From Octopus bimaculoides (lineage: Eukaryota), in NCBI RefSeq assembly GCF_001194135.2, contig NC_068990.1:9608094-9671340 (forward strand): a stretch of DNA of 63,247 bases, written 5' to 3'. Positions 27,601-40,452 of this stretch are shown here, piece after piece. Below the pieces are notes generated by a model. It saw only the letters and a list, made by a program, of their open reading frames with translations. It ran no database searches and was not told the origin of the DNA. The stretch's first letter is position 1; every line of letters begins with the position of its first letter. Position numbers and translations under genes: made by a program.

Positions 27601-27980
27601 CATACTTTATTTGTTTCAATTATTAGGCAACGACCACAGTGGAACACCACCTTGAAGAATTTATATTCTTAAATATCAACCCTTGAACTTGTTTTGTAAA
27701 ACCTGGTACTTATCCTAGCGGTCGCTTTTGAAGAACCACTCGGTTACGTTGACGTAAACACATTAGCACCGGTTATCAAGCGGTTTTGGAGTACAAACAC
27801 AGTCACAAACAAACACGCGCGCACACACATGCACACACACATATCCGACGGGCTTTCAGCTTTCGTATACCAAATCCATTCACAAGGCTCTGGTCAGCCC
27901 GAGGCTATAGTAGAAGACTCTTGCCACGGTGCCTCGCAGTGGGACTGAACTCCGAACCATGTGGTTGGTTAGTAAGCTTA
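27601..27980 (-). mobile_element. SINE family B, near full length
   Basis: CGACGGGCTTTCAG..ACCAAATCCATTCACAAGGC..CCCGAGGCTATAGTAGAAGAC..GCAGTGGGACTGAAC..CCATGTGGTTGG. Confidence 0.9.
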
Positions 27981-28825
27981 GAAATCATCCATTTTCATTT
28001 CAAGCTCAATGCAATATCTTAATTAGCAATGATTTCTTAGTGTTCAGAAATATATTAACAAAGACGTTGATAGCACTTAGTTTTCAGCAGTAGCAGCACG
28101 GAGCCTAACGTCCAATACAGTGGAAGTCATATGCAAACGGGTGTCATCATGTAGAGATCGGCTAAAGTTCTGCAGAGTGGAAAACATTGTCATGTAGATT
28201 TAGTAAACACATTCATCTTTTGTGGCGACTCGGTGGGGATTTCTAATATTTTTTTAAGGATTCAACAACGGCATAATTAGTTGTCTTATAAGAAATAAAA
28301 TATACTAATAATTTCAGTTCAAACATTACTCATCTCCTGTTTGGTGTAATGCTGTTTCTCAGTTTGATGGAAAAGGCTATTACATTCTAAAACCTGCCTG
28401 TATTAGAAATTACATATTTAAAAATAATAACTAACTTCGTAATAGAATGTGTTAAGAATTAGTTATTTCATGTTCCATTTCCTAGATGTACACAAGTTTT
28501 ATTTGTTTAGTGAACAAATTTTACTTGTTTCTTATTTTAGTTTTATTTGTATTTTAATGAATTTCGCAGCAACTTACTTTAGAATTCATTTCTTAATGTA
28601 TTTTGACGAATAACTATATTTACAGCTCGCGGGAAAAAATTTAGTCAGTGATAGATTTCTTTTAACATACACATTCTATAGAATGTCGTTATTTTGTTTC
28701 ATATTTTTCAATTTATATTAATGTATTTTAATATCAATATTCGCATATGTTTAGCTTTTTCCATTTTATAATACGAAATTGAAAGACGTCTTTGTTATAC
28801 ATACATACATACATACATACATACA

Positions 28826-28930
<105 letters not shown>

Positions 28931-29297
28931 TTAAGAGCATAAATTCTGTGTGTTTTAAGCATCGCTATGTGTTATTTATTTTATTCTTTTACATTTTTCA
29001 GAATTCGTATTTAATCTTTGATAGTTTCTTGTTCTCTTTAGAAACTATAGAAATTAAAATAAAATTCCACCTCCGTTTTATAATTATTTAGCCCTAACAG
29101 TTTGTTTAAGAAAGTGTTCTCGTGAAATAGACTATATCTTTATTTAGAAAAAGAAAAATCGCAGACATTGCTAGCGTGTTGTTTATGTTCATTTGTGACG
29201 AGTATCTTCAAAATATCTTTCTGAACGAAATGAGTTATACAGCCATAATGCACATGTCTCAACAGTTCTCCTTAGAAGATCAGTTTTGTAATTTCAG

Positions 29298-29372
29298 TCA
29301 AACATTGCATCGTTACCAGGGGCTATTGACTTATGGCTTTCCTCTGCTTTGCATCAATCGAATATATTGGTG
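29298..29372 (+). CDS. Candidate 75-nt exon
   Basis: TTTTGTAATTTCAG acceptor, GTGAGT donor; phase 0 reading SNIASLPGAIDLWLSSALHQSNILV (phase 2 also open). Confidence 0.4.
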
Positions 29373-29846
29373 GTGAGTCGAGCACCAAATCAAAAGGTTC
29401 ATCTTTTAGCAAAGATTTCATCATACTTGACAACAGGTGAACACAATAATTCTATCTCCCTTTAAAATTCGCGAACAAGATTACAAGAAAGGTTTTCGGG
29501 ACTGTACAGAGTTACTTGCCCCAAACGTGTTACCATAAAGAGAGTGAAGTTACACATAAAATAGAATGATACCATTCCATACATTTTAATTCCAATATCA
29601 GTTGATTTATGTGGATCCATTTAGAGCTAAGTTGTATAATTATATCGTCATGAGATGTTAAACTCACATTAAATGTTATGAAACAAGAATAAATTTGGGA
29701 TTGTATTTCTGTTGAATAGTTATCCTGGTAATGGGCCTATATATTTTAGAATTCGAATGATCAGTCAATATTTACTGAAAATGATTTATAAATAATAGAG
29801 TAAGTACTTTTCTGTTACGTTTCTAACACTTTTCTTTCAATAGCAG

Positions 29847-29916
29847 ATACAATTTGTTTCACCAATTTTAACTCATTTTTCACTGGTAATCCAAGCTGTA
29901 ATGATGCACGACGTTG
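29847..29916 (+). CDS. Candidate 70-nt exon with NAGNAG acceptor
   Basis: CTAAC branch motif, TTTTCTTTCAATAGCAG acceptor, GTAAGA donor; phase 0 IQFVSPILTHFSLVIQAVMMHDV or phase 1 TICFTNFNSFFTGNPSCNDARR. Confidence 0.45.
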
Positions 29917-30483
29917 GTAAGAAACAAAGGATTTTATAACTTTCGATAGTACAAATAAACAGATGAGCTCCCGTAGTTGATAATTTTCTGTATATTATGT
30001 AGCATATACGTAAAAGTATCAGTACAAAAGACGTTATAGAATTATCTACGTATGTATTTATAGTAAATGTAAATCATCATGCAACATATTGCTTTGTTGA
30101 CGATGTACTGAATGTTGACACCTATCAAAGGAAATAAATGCAAATAATAATCTGGAGGAGCGAGGCTTAGATATATTTTAGGTTAACTTGTAATATAAAC
30201 GACTAACTGACAGAATGGACAACCACATACTCGAATAACACAAAATTTATATAATTCTTAATTTCCTGATTATCTTCAATCCTAAGCTTTATTTAAATAA
30301 TAACATTTTCAAAGCCATATGTATTAGTTCTTTTCAATTGTAAGATTTATTCGCATAATATTTCAAGTCTTACACTTTCTCATTTCTATTGTTGTTAATT
30401 TTTAGTACATAGATAGACATACACGCACGCTTAGCATATATTTCAGCACGACTTGAGCAAACTAAAAGGAAGTTTCTTACTCA

Positions 30484-30652
30484 AAATGATTTATAAGTAA
30501 CAGAGTAAGCACTTTTCTGTTATGATTCTTACACTTTTCTTTCAATAGCAGATAAAAATTATGTCACCATTTCAAATCATTTTTCGTTGGTAATGCAAGT
30601 GTATGATCCAAGCTGTAATGATTTGTGTACAACGTTGGGTTGGATATTATTC
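30484..30652 (+). repeat. Diverged direct duplicate of about 29781-29917, including the acceptor; possible exon 30552-30652
   Basis: ATGATTTATAA..AGAGTAAG.ACTTTTCTGTTA..ACACTTTTCTTTCAATAGCAGATA..CCAAGCTGTAATGAT..ACGTTGG is shared, with indels. Confidence 0.85.
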
Positions 30653-31860
30653 GTGAGGCAAGAAACTTTTCTTGCTATCTCTCTCTTTCTCNNNNNNNNN
30701 NATATATCTGTATATATATTATTGTACACTTTTGCAGCTTTCAGCCGTTGAACTGCAGCCATTCTAAGGCGCTGTATTCATATATGTGTGTGTATTCCCA
30801 GACAAATAGATAAAAAGATGTATAGATACGTAGATAGATAGATAAATAGGTATCTGTCTATCTTTCTATCTATCTTTCTATCTATGTGTCTGTGAATACA
30901 TGCACTTATATATGAACATAGTACCTCGGAATGGTCGCAGTTCAATGACCGAAAACTCTAGAAGTGTACACCTGTATTTAGATGGATACACTCACAGGTT
31001 AATACACGCACATAACGCATACTTATATGTTTGTGATTAGGCGTCATGTATTTAAATGTATTAATATCGTTAATAATAGAGCAAGGGGCTTTGAATGTTT
31101 TTTAATGTAGCGTGTTCGAAGGGTATTATAATGTTTCCAACATTGATGATTTGTAAATAACATAGGAAAACCCATCTTAGTGCTATTATAAATGAACTTG
31201 TTATTTTGCATTACAAATCACAGAGAAATTGCTTTTTTTGTTTGTTTTTATAATGCAGATCTTTACTAACAAAGCATTAAGTCACAGTATGTGAGTGAGA
31301 CTAATACGAATATTCTCCCCACTTTACTCAAGGACAACTATGTAATTGATAGAAAAGAATTGTTTGCCAGCTATTAACTATATATATTTCAAAATTTCTT
31401 TGGTCCCTGTTTTTTATAGAAATGCGTGTTTGAAATAGGGTTAGATTTAAACTCATGAACCAGCGAAGCAGATATCCTAATGTAATCTATACGCCCCTGA
31501 TATCTATTCAAAACGTTACTTGAAATATATATATATATNNNNNNNNNNNNNNNNNNNNNNNNNNNNNNNNNNNNNNNNNNNNNNNNNNNNNNNNNNNNNN
31601 NNNNNNNNNNNNNNNNNNNNNNNNNNNNNNNNNNNNNNNNNNNNNNNNNNNNNNNNNNNNNNNNNNNNNNNNNNNNNNNNNNNNNNNNNNNNNNNNNNNN
31701 NNNNNNNNNNNNNNNNNNNNNNNNNNNNNNNNNNNNNNNNNNNNNNNNNNNNNNNNNNNNNNNNNNNNNNNNNNNNNNNNNNNNNNNNNNNNNNNNNNNN
31801 NNNNNNNNNNNNNNNNNNNNNNNNNNNNNNNNNNNNNNNNNNNNNNNNNNNNNNNNNNNN

Positions 31861-31906
<46 letters not shown>

Positions 31907-32032
31907 TATGTGTGTGTGTATATGTGTGTGTTTGAGTGTGTGTGTATGCGTGTGTGCGTGTATACATACATATATGCATGTATATATATATATCTATGTC
32001 TCTATGTATGTATGTACGTAAGTATGTATTTA

Positions 32033-32091
<59 letters not shown>

Positions 32092-33800
32092 AATACAAGG
32101 AAACAAGCTCCTCATATATAGTCAAATGAAACATAGTTTAGAAAAGAGAATATAAATTTAGCATAAAGATTTATGGTGGTAAGCATTGAAAGTTTGGTTA
32201 ATATAAAATTCAATTTCTTCAATATTATATTGTCTCTGGAGATGAATATTCTCCTCCCGCCCAATATATTTCTTAAGCTATTTATATCTTATTTTATTAA
32301 TAACATACAAACATAACTTTTGAATCAGCATAGTCCGAAGTCAAAGGGTCTATTTTAATTTCCGTTCTGTCTTTCTGTCCCGTCAAGGGACCCATATTGT
32401 ATGTTAGTAGCTCACAATAGCAGTTATTTGATTAAATGCGAATTTTAAAATTTGTAAAGTAGAATTGTTTGCAATGAAAATATAAACATTAAATTTAAAA
32501 CTAAACAAAAGATGAAATAATTGAAAAAATGAAACACATGAAAAAGTTTTGAAAATTTCAAAAGGGATATTTCGGAGAATTTTAATCATGTGATCATAGT
32601 CAAAACAGATTTTTGTATAATTTATTTTGCGTATGCATTTTGTTGGAAAATATGTAAATCCATATATGATAGTTCGGAATATAATCTGTGAGTGTAAATG
32701 ACAGATGTCCATGTAAATAATTTTAGCGTTCAAAAAAAAAATATATATATTGAACCAAAGTAAAAAAAAAAAGAACAACAAATGCAAAAAAGTCTGTATA
32801 CAAAGAATCTACATTCATGTTTTTTATCATTCATTTCTATGTTTATATATAATAAGTTTAGAGAGACACTCATGAATTCGTGTATAATTTACAAAGAGTT
32901 ATGGGAATAATATTTCTACATTTCGTGAGTAAAATGAAGATTCTATAATGCCTCAAATTGTATCATATATTTATTTACTTTTGAGTTAAATGAAGACTGC
33001 CAAGACTATATGAGAGCTTGACACACGAACACATGCACATATATGTGTGTATATGTGATATGTGGGCGTGTGCGAAGAAGTGTTAATATGTCTAAATATA
33101 TGTATATATATATGCATGTGTTTATGAGTGAATGTAGGTATATATAGTCGCAATTTGCTACTGGACGATTTTCGTCTACTATTGAAAGTATTTCCCAATT
33201 TCTGTCCGGCTCTAAGTTGTACTATCTTCTCAGTACGGATACCGCAGTTAGAGTTTCCATGATGTGTCTGCTTTACGTATGATATACAGTTTGCTATTTT
33301 AGATTAATGCAATCTCTGTTGCACATAACGAATGCATAAATACATACATAAACACACATCTATACATATATGTATTCATACATGTGCACATGCATATATA
33401 CATACATGCATCTATATATGGATGCATGTATGTGTGTATATATATATATCTATATGTATATATATATATATAATTTTTGAGTTGGACGTCCGAGAGTGTC
33501 AAATTTCTCGGAAGGCACGAGTGGTTGAAAGGATTGCGACAGTTCAGGAATGGTTGGAAGTAATATGAACGATGATGTTATGAGAGTGAAGCAACACAGC
33601 AAGATGAATGCACTTATATAATCATTGAAAATATTTCCAGCGGTACATTTCTGGAGGTGAAGCTGAAAATAATCTTGTTTGTGTTGTTGTTTAAAAAGAT
33701 AGGAATTCAAACATTTTTAACTATTCAATAATCTAACCTTGATGGGTGAATGCGTTTTGTTTTTGGGAAATTAGTCTTTTAATATAAACAAACAAATATA

Positions 33801-33992
33801 GGCGCTTGAGTGGATGCGTGGTAAGTAGTTTGCTTAACAGCCACATTGTTCCGAGTTTAGTCCCACTGCGTGGTACCTTGGGAAATTGTTTTCTACTATA
33901 GCCTCGGGCCGATCAGAGCCTTGTGAGTGGATTTGGTAGACGGAAACTGAAAGAAGCCCGTCGTATATATATATATATATATATATATATAT
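33801..33992 (+). mobile_element. SINE family B 5' half running into its internal (TA)n tract and a gap
   Basis: GGCGCTTGAGTGGATGCGTGGTAAGTAG..AGTCCCACTGCGTGG..GGATTTGGTAGACGGAAACTGAAAGAAGCCCGTCGTATATAT. Confidence 0.92.
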
Positions 33993-35094
33993 NNNNNNNN
34001 NNNNNNNNNNNNNNNNNNNNNNNNNNNNNNNNNNNNNNNNNNNNNNNNNNNNNNNNNNNNNNNNNNNNNNNNNNNNNNNNNNNNNNNNNNNNNNNNNNNN
34101 NNNNNNNNNNNNNNNNNNNNNNNNNNNNNNNNNNNNNNNNNNNNNNNNNNNNNNNNNNNNNNNNNNNNNNNNNNNNNNNNNNNNNNNNNNNNNNNNNNNN
34201 NNNNNNNNNNNNNNNNNNNNNNNNNNNNNNNNNNNNNNNNNNNNNNNNNNNNNNNNNNNNNNNNNNNNNNNNNNNNNNNNNNNNNNNNNNNNNNNNNNNN
34301 NNNNNNNNNNNNNNNNNNNNNNNNNNNNNNNNNNNNNNNNNNNNNNNNNNNNNNNNNNNNNNNNNNNNNNNNNNNNNNNNNNNNNNNNNNNNNNNNNNNN
34401 NNNNNNNNNNNNNNNNNNNNNNNNNNNNNNNNNNNNNNNNNNNNNNNNNNNNNNNNNNNNNNNNNNNNNNNNNNNNNNNNNNNNNNNNNNNNNNNNNNNN
34501 NNNNNNNNNNNNNNNNNNNNNNNNNNNNNNNNNNNNNNNNNNNNNNNNNNNNNNNNNNNNNNNNNNNNNNNNNNNNNNNNNNNNNNNNNNNNNNNNNNNN
34601 NNNNNNNNNNNNNNNNNNNNNNNNNNNNNNNNNNNNNNNNNNNNNNNNNNNNNNNNNNNNNNNNNNNNNNNNNNNNNNNNNNNNNNNNNNNNNNNNNNNN
34701 NNNNNNNNNNNNNNNNNNNNNNNNNNNNNNNNNNNNNNNNNNNNNNNNNNNNNNNNNNNNNNNNNNNNNNNNNNNNNNNNNNNNNNNNNNNNNNNNNNNN
34801 NNNNNNNNNNNNNNNNNNNTTTTCTCCAATCTTTATGTATGTATGTATGTATGTATGTATGTGTGTGCGCGTGTGTGTATGTATGTTTTCCTTCTTTTAA
34901 TTTTAGAGTAAATTTTGACCGGGCACATAGCTGATACCAAGGCTGTGAAAGAACGTATCTTGCTTTAACCATCATCCTTTAAATATTAAGAAAAATCTTA
35001 CAGATTTTCATAGTTCCAGATATCGTGACCATTTGTAGCATTCTCTTCTCAAGATCCGAAATTCAGACACACTTTGCTCGAGGCGGATTGGCAT

Positions 35095-35099
35095 GTATG

Positions 35100-35133
<34 letters not shown>

Positions 35134-35570
35134 TGTATGTATGTATGCATGTATGCATGTATGTATGCATGTATGTATGTATCTATGTATGTATGCATGC
35201 CTGCATGTATTTATGTATGGCTTTATGAATGTGTGTATGTATTTATGTATATCATTATTCAGTTTTATTTCAAGATTTCTTTCCAAAAGAGAAAGTGCTG
35301 GTTTCTAACCTACATCGAAGGGCCCTTCACTGGATATTTCGATAACAACAACGGAGTAGTTTTGTGTGTATGTATATGTACAGATTTGTATGTTTTATTT
35401 TTGCATGTCTTCTCATGCATGTAGATGTATATCTAGATGTAATCATATGTATGTATGTATGTATATACGTATGTATGTATGTATGTATGTGTGTATGAAT
35501 ATATGTATTTATGTATGTCTGCAAGCATTTATGTATGTGTCTTGTATGTATGTATTTGCAACTATATAAC
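35095..35570. repeat. (GTAT)n tetranucleotide tracts
   Basis: Directly visible; source of the MYVCMYVC ORFs. Confidence 0.9.
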
Positions 35571-36021
35571 TATATATACATATACACAAATATAGAGTGG
35601 AATCGTTGGTGTAAGCATGCTAATTTGGTGATTTGATGAGCTAGTTCTTATTTGCATTCTTTGGTGATATATAATGTGTAGCATGCATATCAATGTAAGC
35701 ATAATTTCTTCTGTATTGAAATTATTACAACATGAAAAAGGCTGCGAAACGGCCGTAACCCTAAAGATCTCACTTTAAATAGATATATTCATCTGTCATG
35801 CTCCTTAAAGTCTTATGATTTATATATTCCTCATGAAGTAATTTCATTGATCGACTCTTCAAGATTTCAACTATATGGACGCTCTGCTTTGCACGTTACT
35901 GTATCGGATTAATATGTACTTTGATAACCAAGTCTGTTAGAAGAGCTTTATGTGATAAGCGCACGGTTCTCTAAATCCATAGTTTATATTACAAACTTAT
36001 GCGCAAATAAATAAATATATA

Positions 36022-36082
<61 letters not shown>

Positions 36083-36979
36083 NNNNNNNNNNNNNNNNNN
36101 NNNNNNNNNNNNNNNNNNNNNNNNNNNNNNNNNNNNNNNNNNNNNNNNNNNNNNNNNNNNNNNNNNNNNNNNNNNNNNNNNNNNNNNNNNNNNNNNNNNN
36201 NNNNNNNNNNNNNNNNNNNNNNNNNNNNNNNNNNNNNNNNNNNNNNNNNNNNNNNNNNNNNNNNNNNNNNNNNNNNNNNNNNNNNNNNNNNNNNNNNNNN
36301 NNNNNNNNNNNNNNNNNNNNNNNNNNNNNNNNNNNNNNNNNNNNNNNNNNNNNNNNNNNNNNNNNNNNNNNNNNNNNNNNNNNNNNNNNNNNNNNNNNNN
36401 NNNNNNNNNNNNNNNNNNNNNNNNNNNNNNNNNNNNNNNNNNNNNNNNNNNNNNNNNNNNNNNNNNNNNNNNNNNNNNNNNNNNNNNNNNNNNNNNNNNN
36501 NNNNNNNNNNNNNNNNNNNNNNNNNNNNNNNNNNNNNNNNNNNNNNNNNNNNNNNNNNNNNNNNNNNNNNNNNNNNNNNNNNNNNNNNNNNNNNNNNNNN
36601 NNNNNNNNNNNNNNNNNNNNNNNNNNNNNNNNNNNNNNNNNNNNNNNNNNNNNNNNNNNNNNNNNNNNNNNNNNNNNNNAAAAAAAAAAAAAAAAAAAAA
36701 ATATATATACACAATGAAAAGAACAAGATAAAGAAGATAGGCATTGAAGGCACTTTCTCAGCTTTGCATTGCGGATATTATTTTACATTGTGCACATATC
36801 AGAACTTACTACAATGAACGTATCAAGAGGAAATAAGAAGGAAAGAATTCAAAGTGCGTACGCAGGATGGGTCTGTGGGGAAGAAGTTGTGTGGTGGGGG
36901 ATCAAGTGGATTCATACGCATAATGATAGGAGGGGGAAAGGAAGGATGGGAGGAAGAATGGGAAGAAGGAGAATGAAAG

Positions 36980-37033
36980 GAAGAAGAAGAAGAAGAAGAA
37001 GAAGAAGAAGAAGAAGAAGAAGAAGAAGAAGAA
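36980..37033. repeat. (AGA)n microsatellite
   Basis: Directly visible; source of the poly-Arg and poly-Ser ORFs. Confidence 0.95.
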
Positions 37034-37267
37034 GGTTGTGGTGTGTCAACGAGTACAGGCAGGGTCTGATGATTAGCTCGATTGAAGGCGACGTATATAA
37101 TCACTCAGCGACATTAGTCTGTGACTATTTAAGGTGAAAAGATCAAGCTAAAAAGCTAGTTCTAAAATATCTTCGAACGGAACAGCCATGTCGGAGTGCC
37201 TACGAACATTGCTTATATATTAAATACATACAAACATACACACACACACATGCACACAACACACATA

Positions 37268-37840
37268 TAGTAAAGTCTATTTGCAAATACATTGTGGCAG
37301 TCCTACGTAGGATGATGTTACTACATTTTAGACCCAGGAAACCATCTTTTCCAGCTGGCTACCAACACGTGATCTTTTTCCGTATACTGTGAGCGAGGGA
37401 GTTTATTGTTCCCTTTCTAGTTTTAACGATACCTGTAAACTAATGGTTTCTGAGTTACTTCTCCTTCTGGGTACAGGACAATCACCAGCTAGAGATGGCA
37501 GCCACACGACCTTCCTCGCGGTATATACTTTTGAAGCAACACACAATCGCTTATCTCGTCAAGAGAAAAACAACTAGTTTTAAATCTCGGAACGAGAAAT
37601 ATTTAGCAGCATTACCGCACAATAAAATCTATTTGCCAACACAATCTGGTGTTCTTATGCAGGATGATGTTACTACTTTTTAGCCGCAGCAAAACATATT
37701 TTCCAGGTGTCTACTGACATATGGTTTGTGTCCATATACTGAGAGCAAGGGAGTTTATTTCTCCCTTTCTAGTCTTAGAGATACATGTATATCAACGGTT
37801 TCTAGGTTATTTCCCTTCCTCGGTACAGGGCAATCGTAGA
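37268..37840 (-). mobile_element. Decayed tandem (period about 352 nt) of the hammerhead-containing unit found at 43575-44145
   Basis: Minus strand AGCCAGCTGGAAAAGATGGTTTCCTGGGTCTAAAATGTAGTAACATC aligns with AGCCAGCTGGAGGAGATGTCCTCCTGGGGCTAAAAGCAACAGTAACATC; degenerate hammerhead remnants at 37432-37477 and 37784-37829. Confidence 0.85.
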
Positions 37841-39249
37841 ATTTGAAAGCAATATTTCAGTACACTATTTAAAGTTTAGGTATTTTTTCTAATAAATTTT
37901 CCGGAGAAATGCATGCAAACATCATAATCTAATCTCCTACATAATTGAATTATACACTTTCAGAATAATGAATTTTAATACTGTATGTTTGTAATGTATA
38001 CGTTAGAATAAGGAAGATGTAAAACTTTGAAGAAATATACTTAAACCGAGAATATAAATCAGTGGTCATATGCCTTCTGGAAATGTACATAATTATTGGT
38101 AAATTATATTTGAAAACAGTGTTGATGAAATAGAATTGAATGAAGACTTAAAAGTTTTAATGAAATATCAAACTGTCAGCTCTTTGCACGGCGCGAAGAA
38201 ATCATATATACAAGATTTAAATGAAACTGCAAATGCAATAACATTTTGTAGAAATTTTCAGAAGCAAACAAAACAAAACAAAACAATTCACACCAAATCA
38301 AAAATTAGGCAGCTTTATTTTTTTTTTAGATTATAAGCACCAGATTTCTACGTGAAATCATATAATTTGTTGGAGAAATTGCTTACATTGTAAAATGATA
38401 TTTTCAGAGTAAAACTGCACAAACACAAAACCCAAAAAACACATTCACATATACCTACATATGTATCCTCATAACGAGTGACCATATATAGGTGTACATA
38501 CTGATCAAAACATACATGCATTTGATAGAATTTCTTTCTTTCAATTTCATGATACAACGGGGTCTTAGAAACAGATAGTTCTCTCAGTACGTGGTATCCT
38601 TTGGTTTCAAATCCAAAGGTGGGTCGGTGTATATATGTATATATATATATATATATNNNNNNNNNNNNNNNNNNNNNNNNNNNNNNNNNNNNNNNNNNNN
38701 NNNNNNNNNNNNNNNNNNNNNNNNNNNNNNNNNNNNNNNNNNNNNNNNNNNNNNNNNNNNNNNNNNNNNNNNNNNNNNNNNNNNNNNNNNNNNNNNNNNN
38801 NNNNNNNNNNNNNNNNNNNNNNNNNNNNNNNNNNNNNNNNNNNNNNNNNNNNNNNNNNNNNNNNNNNNNNNNNNNNNNNNNNNNNNNNNNNNNNNNNNNN
38901 NNNNNNNNNNNNNNNNNNNNNNNNNNNNNNNNNNNNATATATATGCACGTCGCGTATTTCACGTGGGAGGCTATTTATCAAAAATACGATGAATATTATC
39001 TCCAACTTTGGAGCCTCAACTATCAGCCTTATTAAATAACTGGGTAATATTCAGATGAATTAACTGAGGGAGTCTTTTATTCACGATTGTAGTGATTTTC
39101 GACTGAAACTTGAATTTAGCATGCAGAGAGTTAGTAGAAACAACATGACTTGACACAATATCAATAACAACACAATCAAGGAGCAGAACGAAAACAACTG
39201 TTCAACAGGTAAACAAATTCTTTCTACCTCTAGTTATAGAAGAAACTGT

Positions 39250-39669
39250 AACTACAAAACTCATTTCTCCTGGAGTTATGAACTCAATAATGATTTATTT
39301 AACAGTTACGAAAAGGCGAAACGAACCCTGCTGTTGGCTATATGAATCAATTGAAATCATATTGGGACAATCTGCATCCAGAATTAAATCAGTTTACTGC
39401 AAAGCAACTATGCCAACAAGCAACATTTGTAGAACATAGGAAGAAGGTGAGTAACTGTAACTTTATTAAAAAAGAGAAAATTAACCTTCTTTCCATCTCT
39501 AAACAAAAGCGAAGACGTGAATGATGCAAGACCACAACGTGCTTTCGCAACGTGGTTTCCAACAGATTCCATAGTGCCTGCCAGCAAAACTACATTATGG
39601 CTCAAGTAATTGACTACTGTCCCCCTACAACGTCTATGGTAAATAGCAGGCACAACAGCAATGGTTATT

Positions 39670-39707
<38 letters not shown>

Positions 39708-39960
39708 CAGGATTATATGCCATTGAAACGTGCCCTTACTGAAATTTTCTGGGCAAAAGTTACTTTGGCTTTGAAGGACTCTCCCGAAGAGAGATTATTC
39801 TCTACCGAGGTAACTAAAAAACCACCAGGTACGGTATTAAAAGCTGTTAAAGAAATTGGTGATGAGTATTTACAACAGGGATGACCCCCACATACTGACA
39901 GATTAACGCCTGTCTATATGCGCAGGCTACTACTGTAAAACAGTACATGAATGATATTCA
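39250..39960 (+). mobile_element. 5' ORF fragment of an R4/Dong-like non-LTR retrotransposon, interrupted by (AGT)n
   Basis: Frameshifted translation WSYELNNDLFNSYEKA / NPAVGYMNQLKSYWDNLHPELNQFTAKQLCQQ ... INACLYAQATTV resembles R4/Dong N-terminal motifs (W-x-x-E-x-N, GY..W...HP, N.L.YA.A..V). Confidence 0.65.
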
Positions 39961-40064
39961 ATAAGTAAACAAAACCGCAATAACAATATGCTACAACGTG
40001 GATAATCTTATGGTACAAATGAGCATTTTTAATACCCGTCGATTACATATATGTATCCTGATGA

Positions 40065-40452
40065 GGGTGGAGGCGCAATGGCCCAGTGGTTAGAGCAGCG
40101 GACTCGCGGTCATAAGATTGCGGTTTCGATTCCAAGACCGGGCGTTGTGAGTGTTTGTTGAGCGAAAACACCTAAAGCTCCACAATGTTCCGGCAGGGGA
40201 TGGTGGTGAACCCTGCTGTACTCTTTCACCACAACTTTCTCTCGTTCTTACTTTCTCTTTCTCTTGCGCCTGTAATTCAAGGGGCCAGCCTTGTCACACT
40301 GTGTCACGCTGAATATACCCGAGAACTACGTTAATGGTACATGTGTCTGTGGAGTGCTCAGCCACTTGCACGTTAATTTCACGAGCAGGCTGTTCCGTTG
40401 ATCGGATCAACTGGAACCCTCAACGTCGTAAGCGACGGAGTGCCAACAACAA
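40065..40452 (+). mobile_element. Young full-length tRNA-derived SINE with (AAC)n tail and 7-bp TSD
   Basis: A box TGGCCCAGTGG (40079-40089), B box GGTTTCGATTCC (40122-40133), TSD CTGATGA at 40058-40064 and 40453-40459. Confidence 0.92.

Noticed and set aside
28363-28399. FDGKGYYIL peptide resembling the start of a laminin G domain
   Set aside because: Only a poor donor (GTATTA), the frame stops soon after, and a match this short is likely chance.
37421-37822. Apparent duplicated 50-nt exons (CCCTTTCTAG acceptor, FNDTCKLMVSELLLLLG / LRDTCISTVSRLFPFLG)
   Set aside because: They are the antisense of the decayed hammerhead tandem, so the duplication is explained by the repeat.
40065-40140. tRNA-like sequence with A and B boxes
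   Set aside because: It continues into a SINE body with tail and TSD, and there is no full cloverleaf, so it is not a tRNA gene. The same applies to the other SINE heads.
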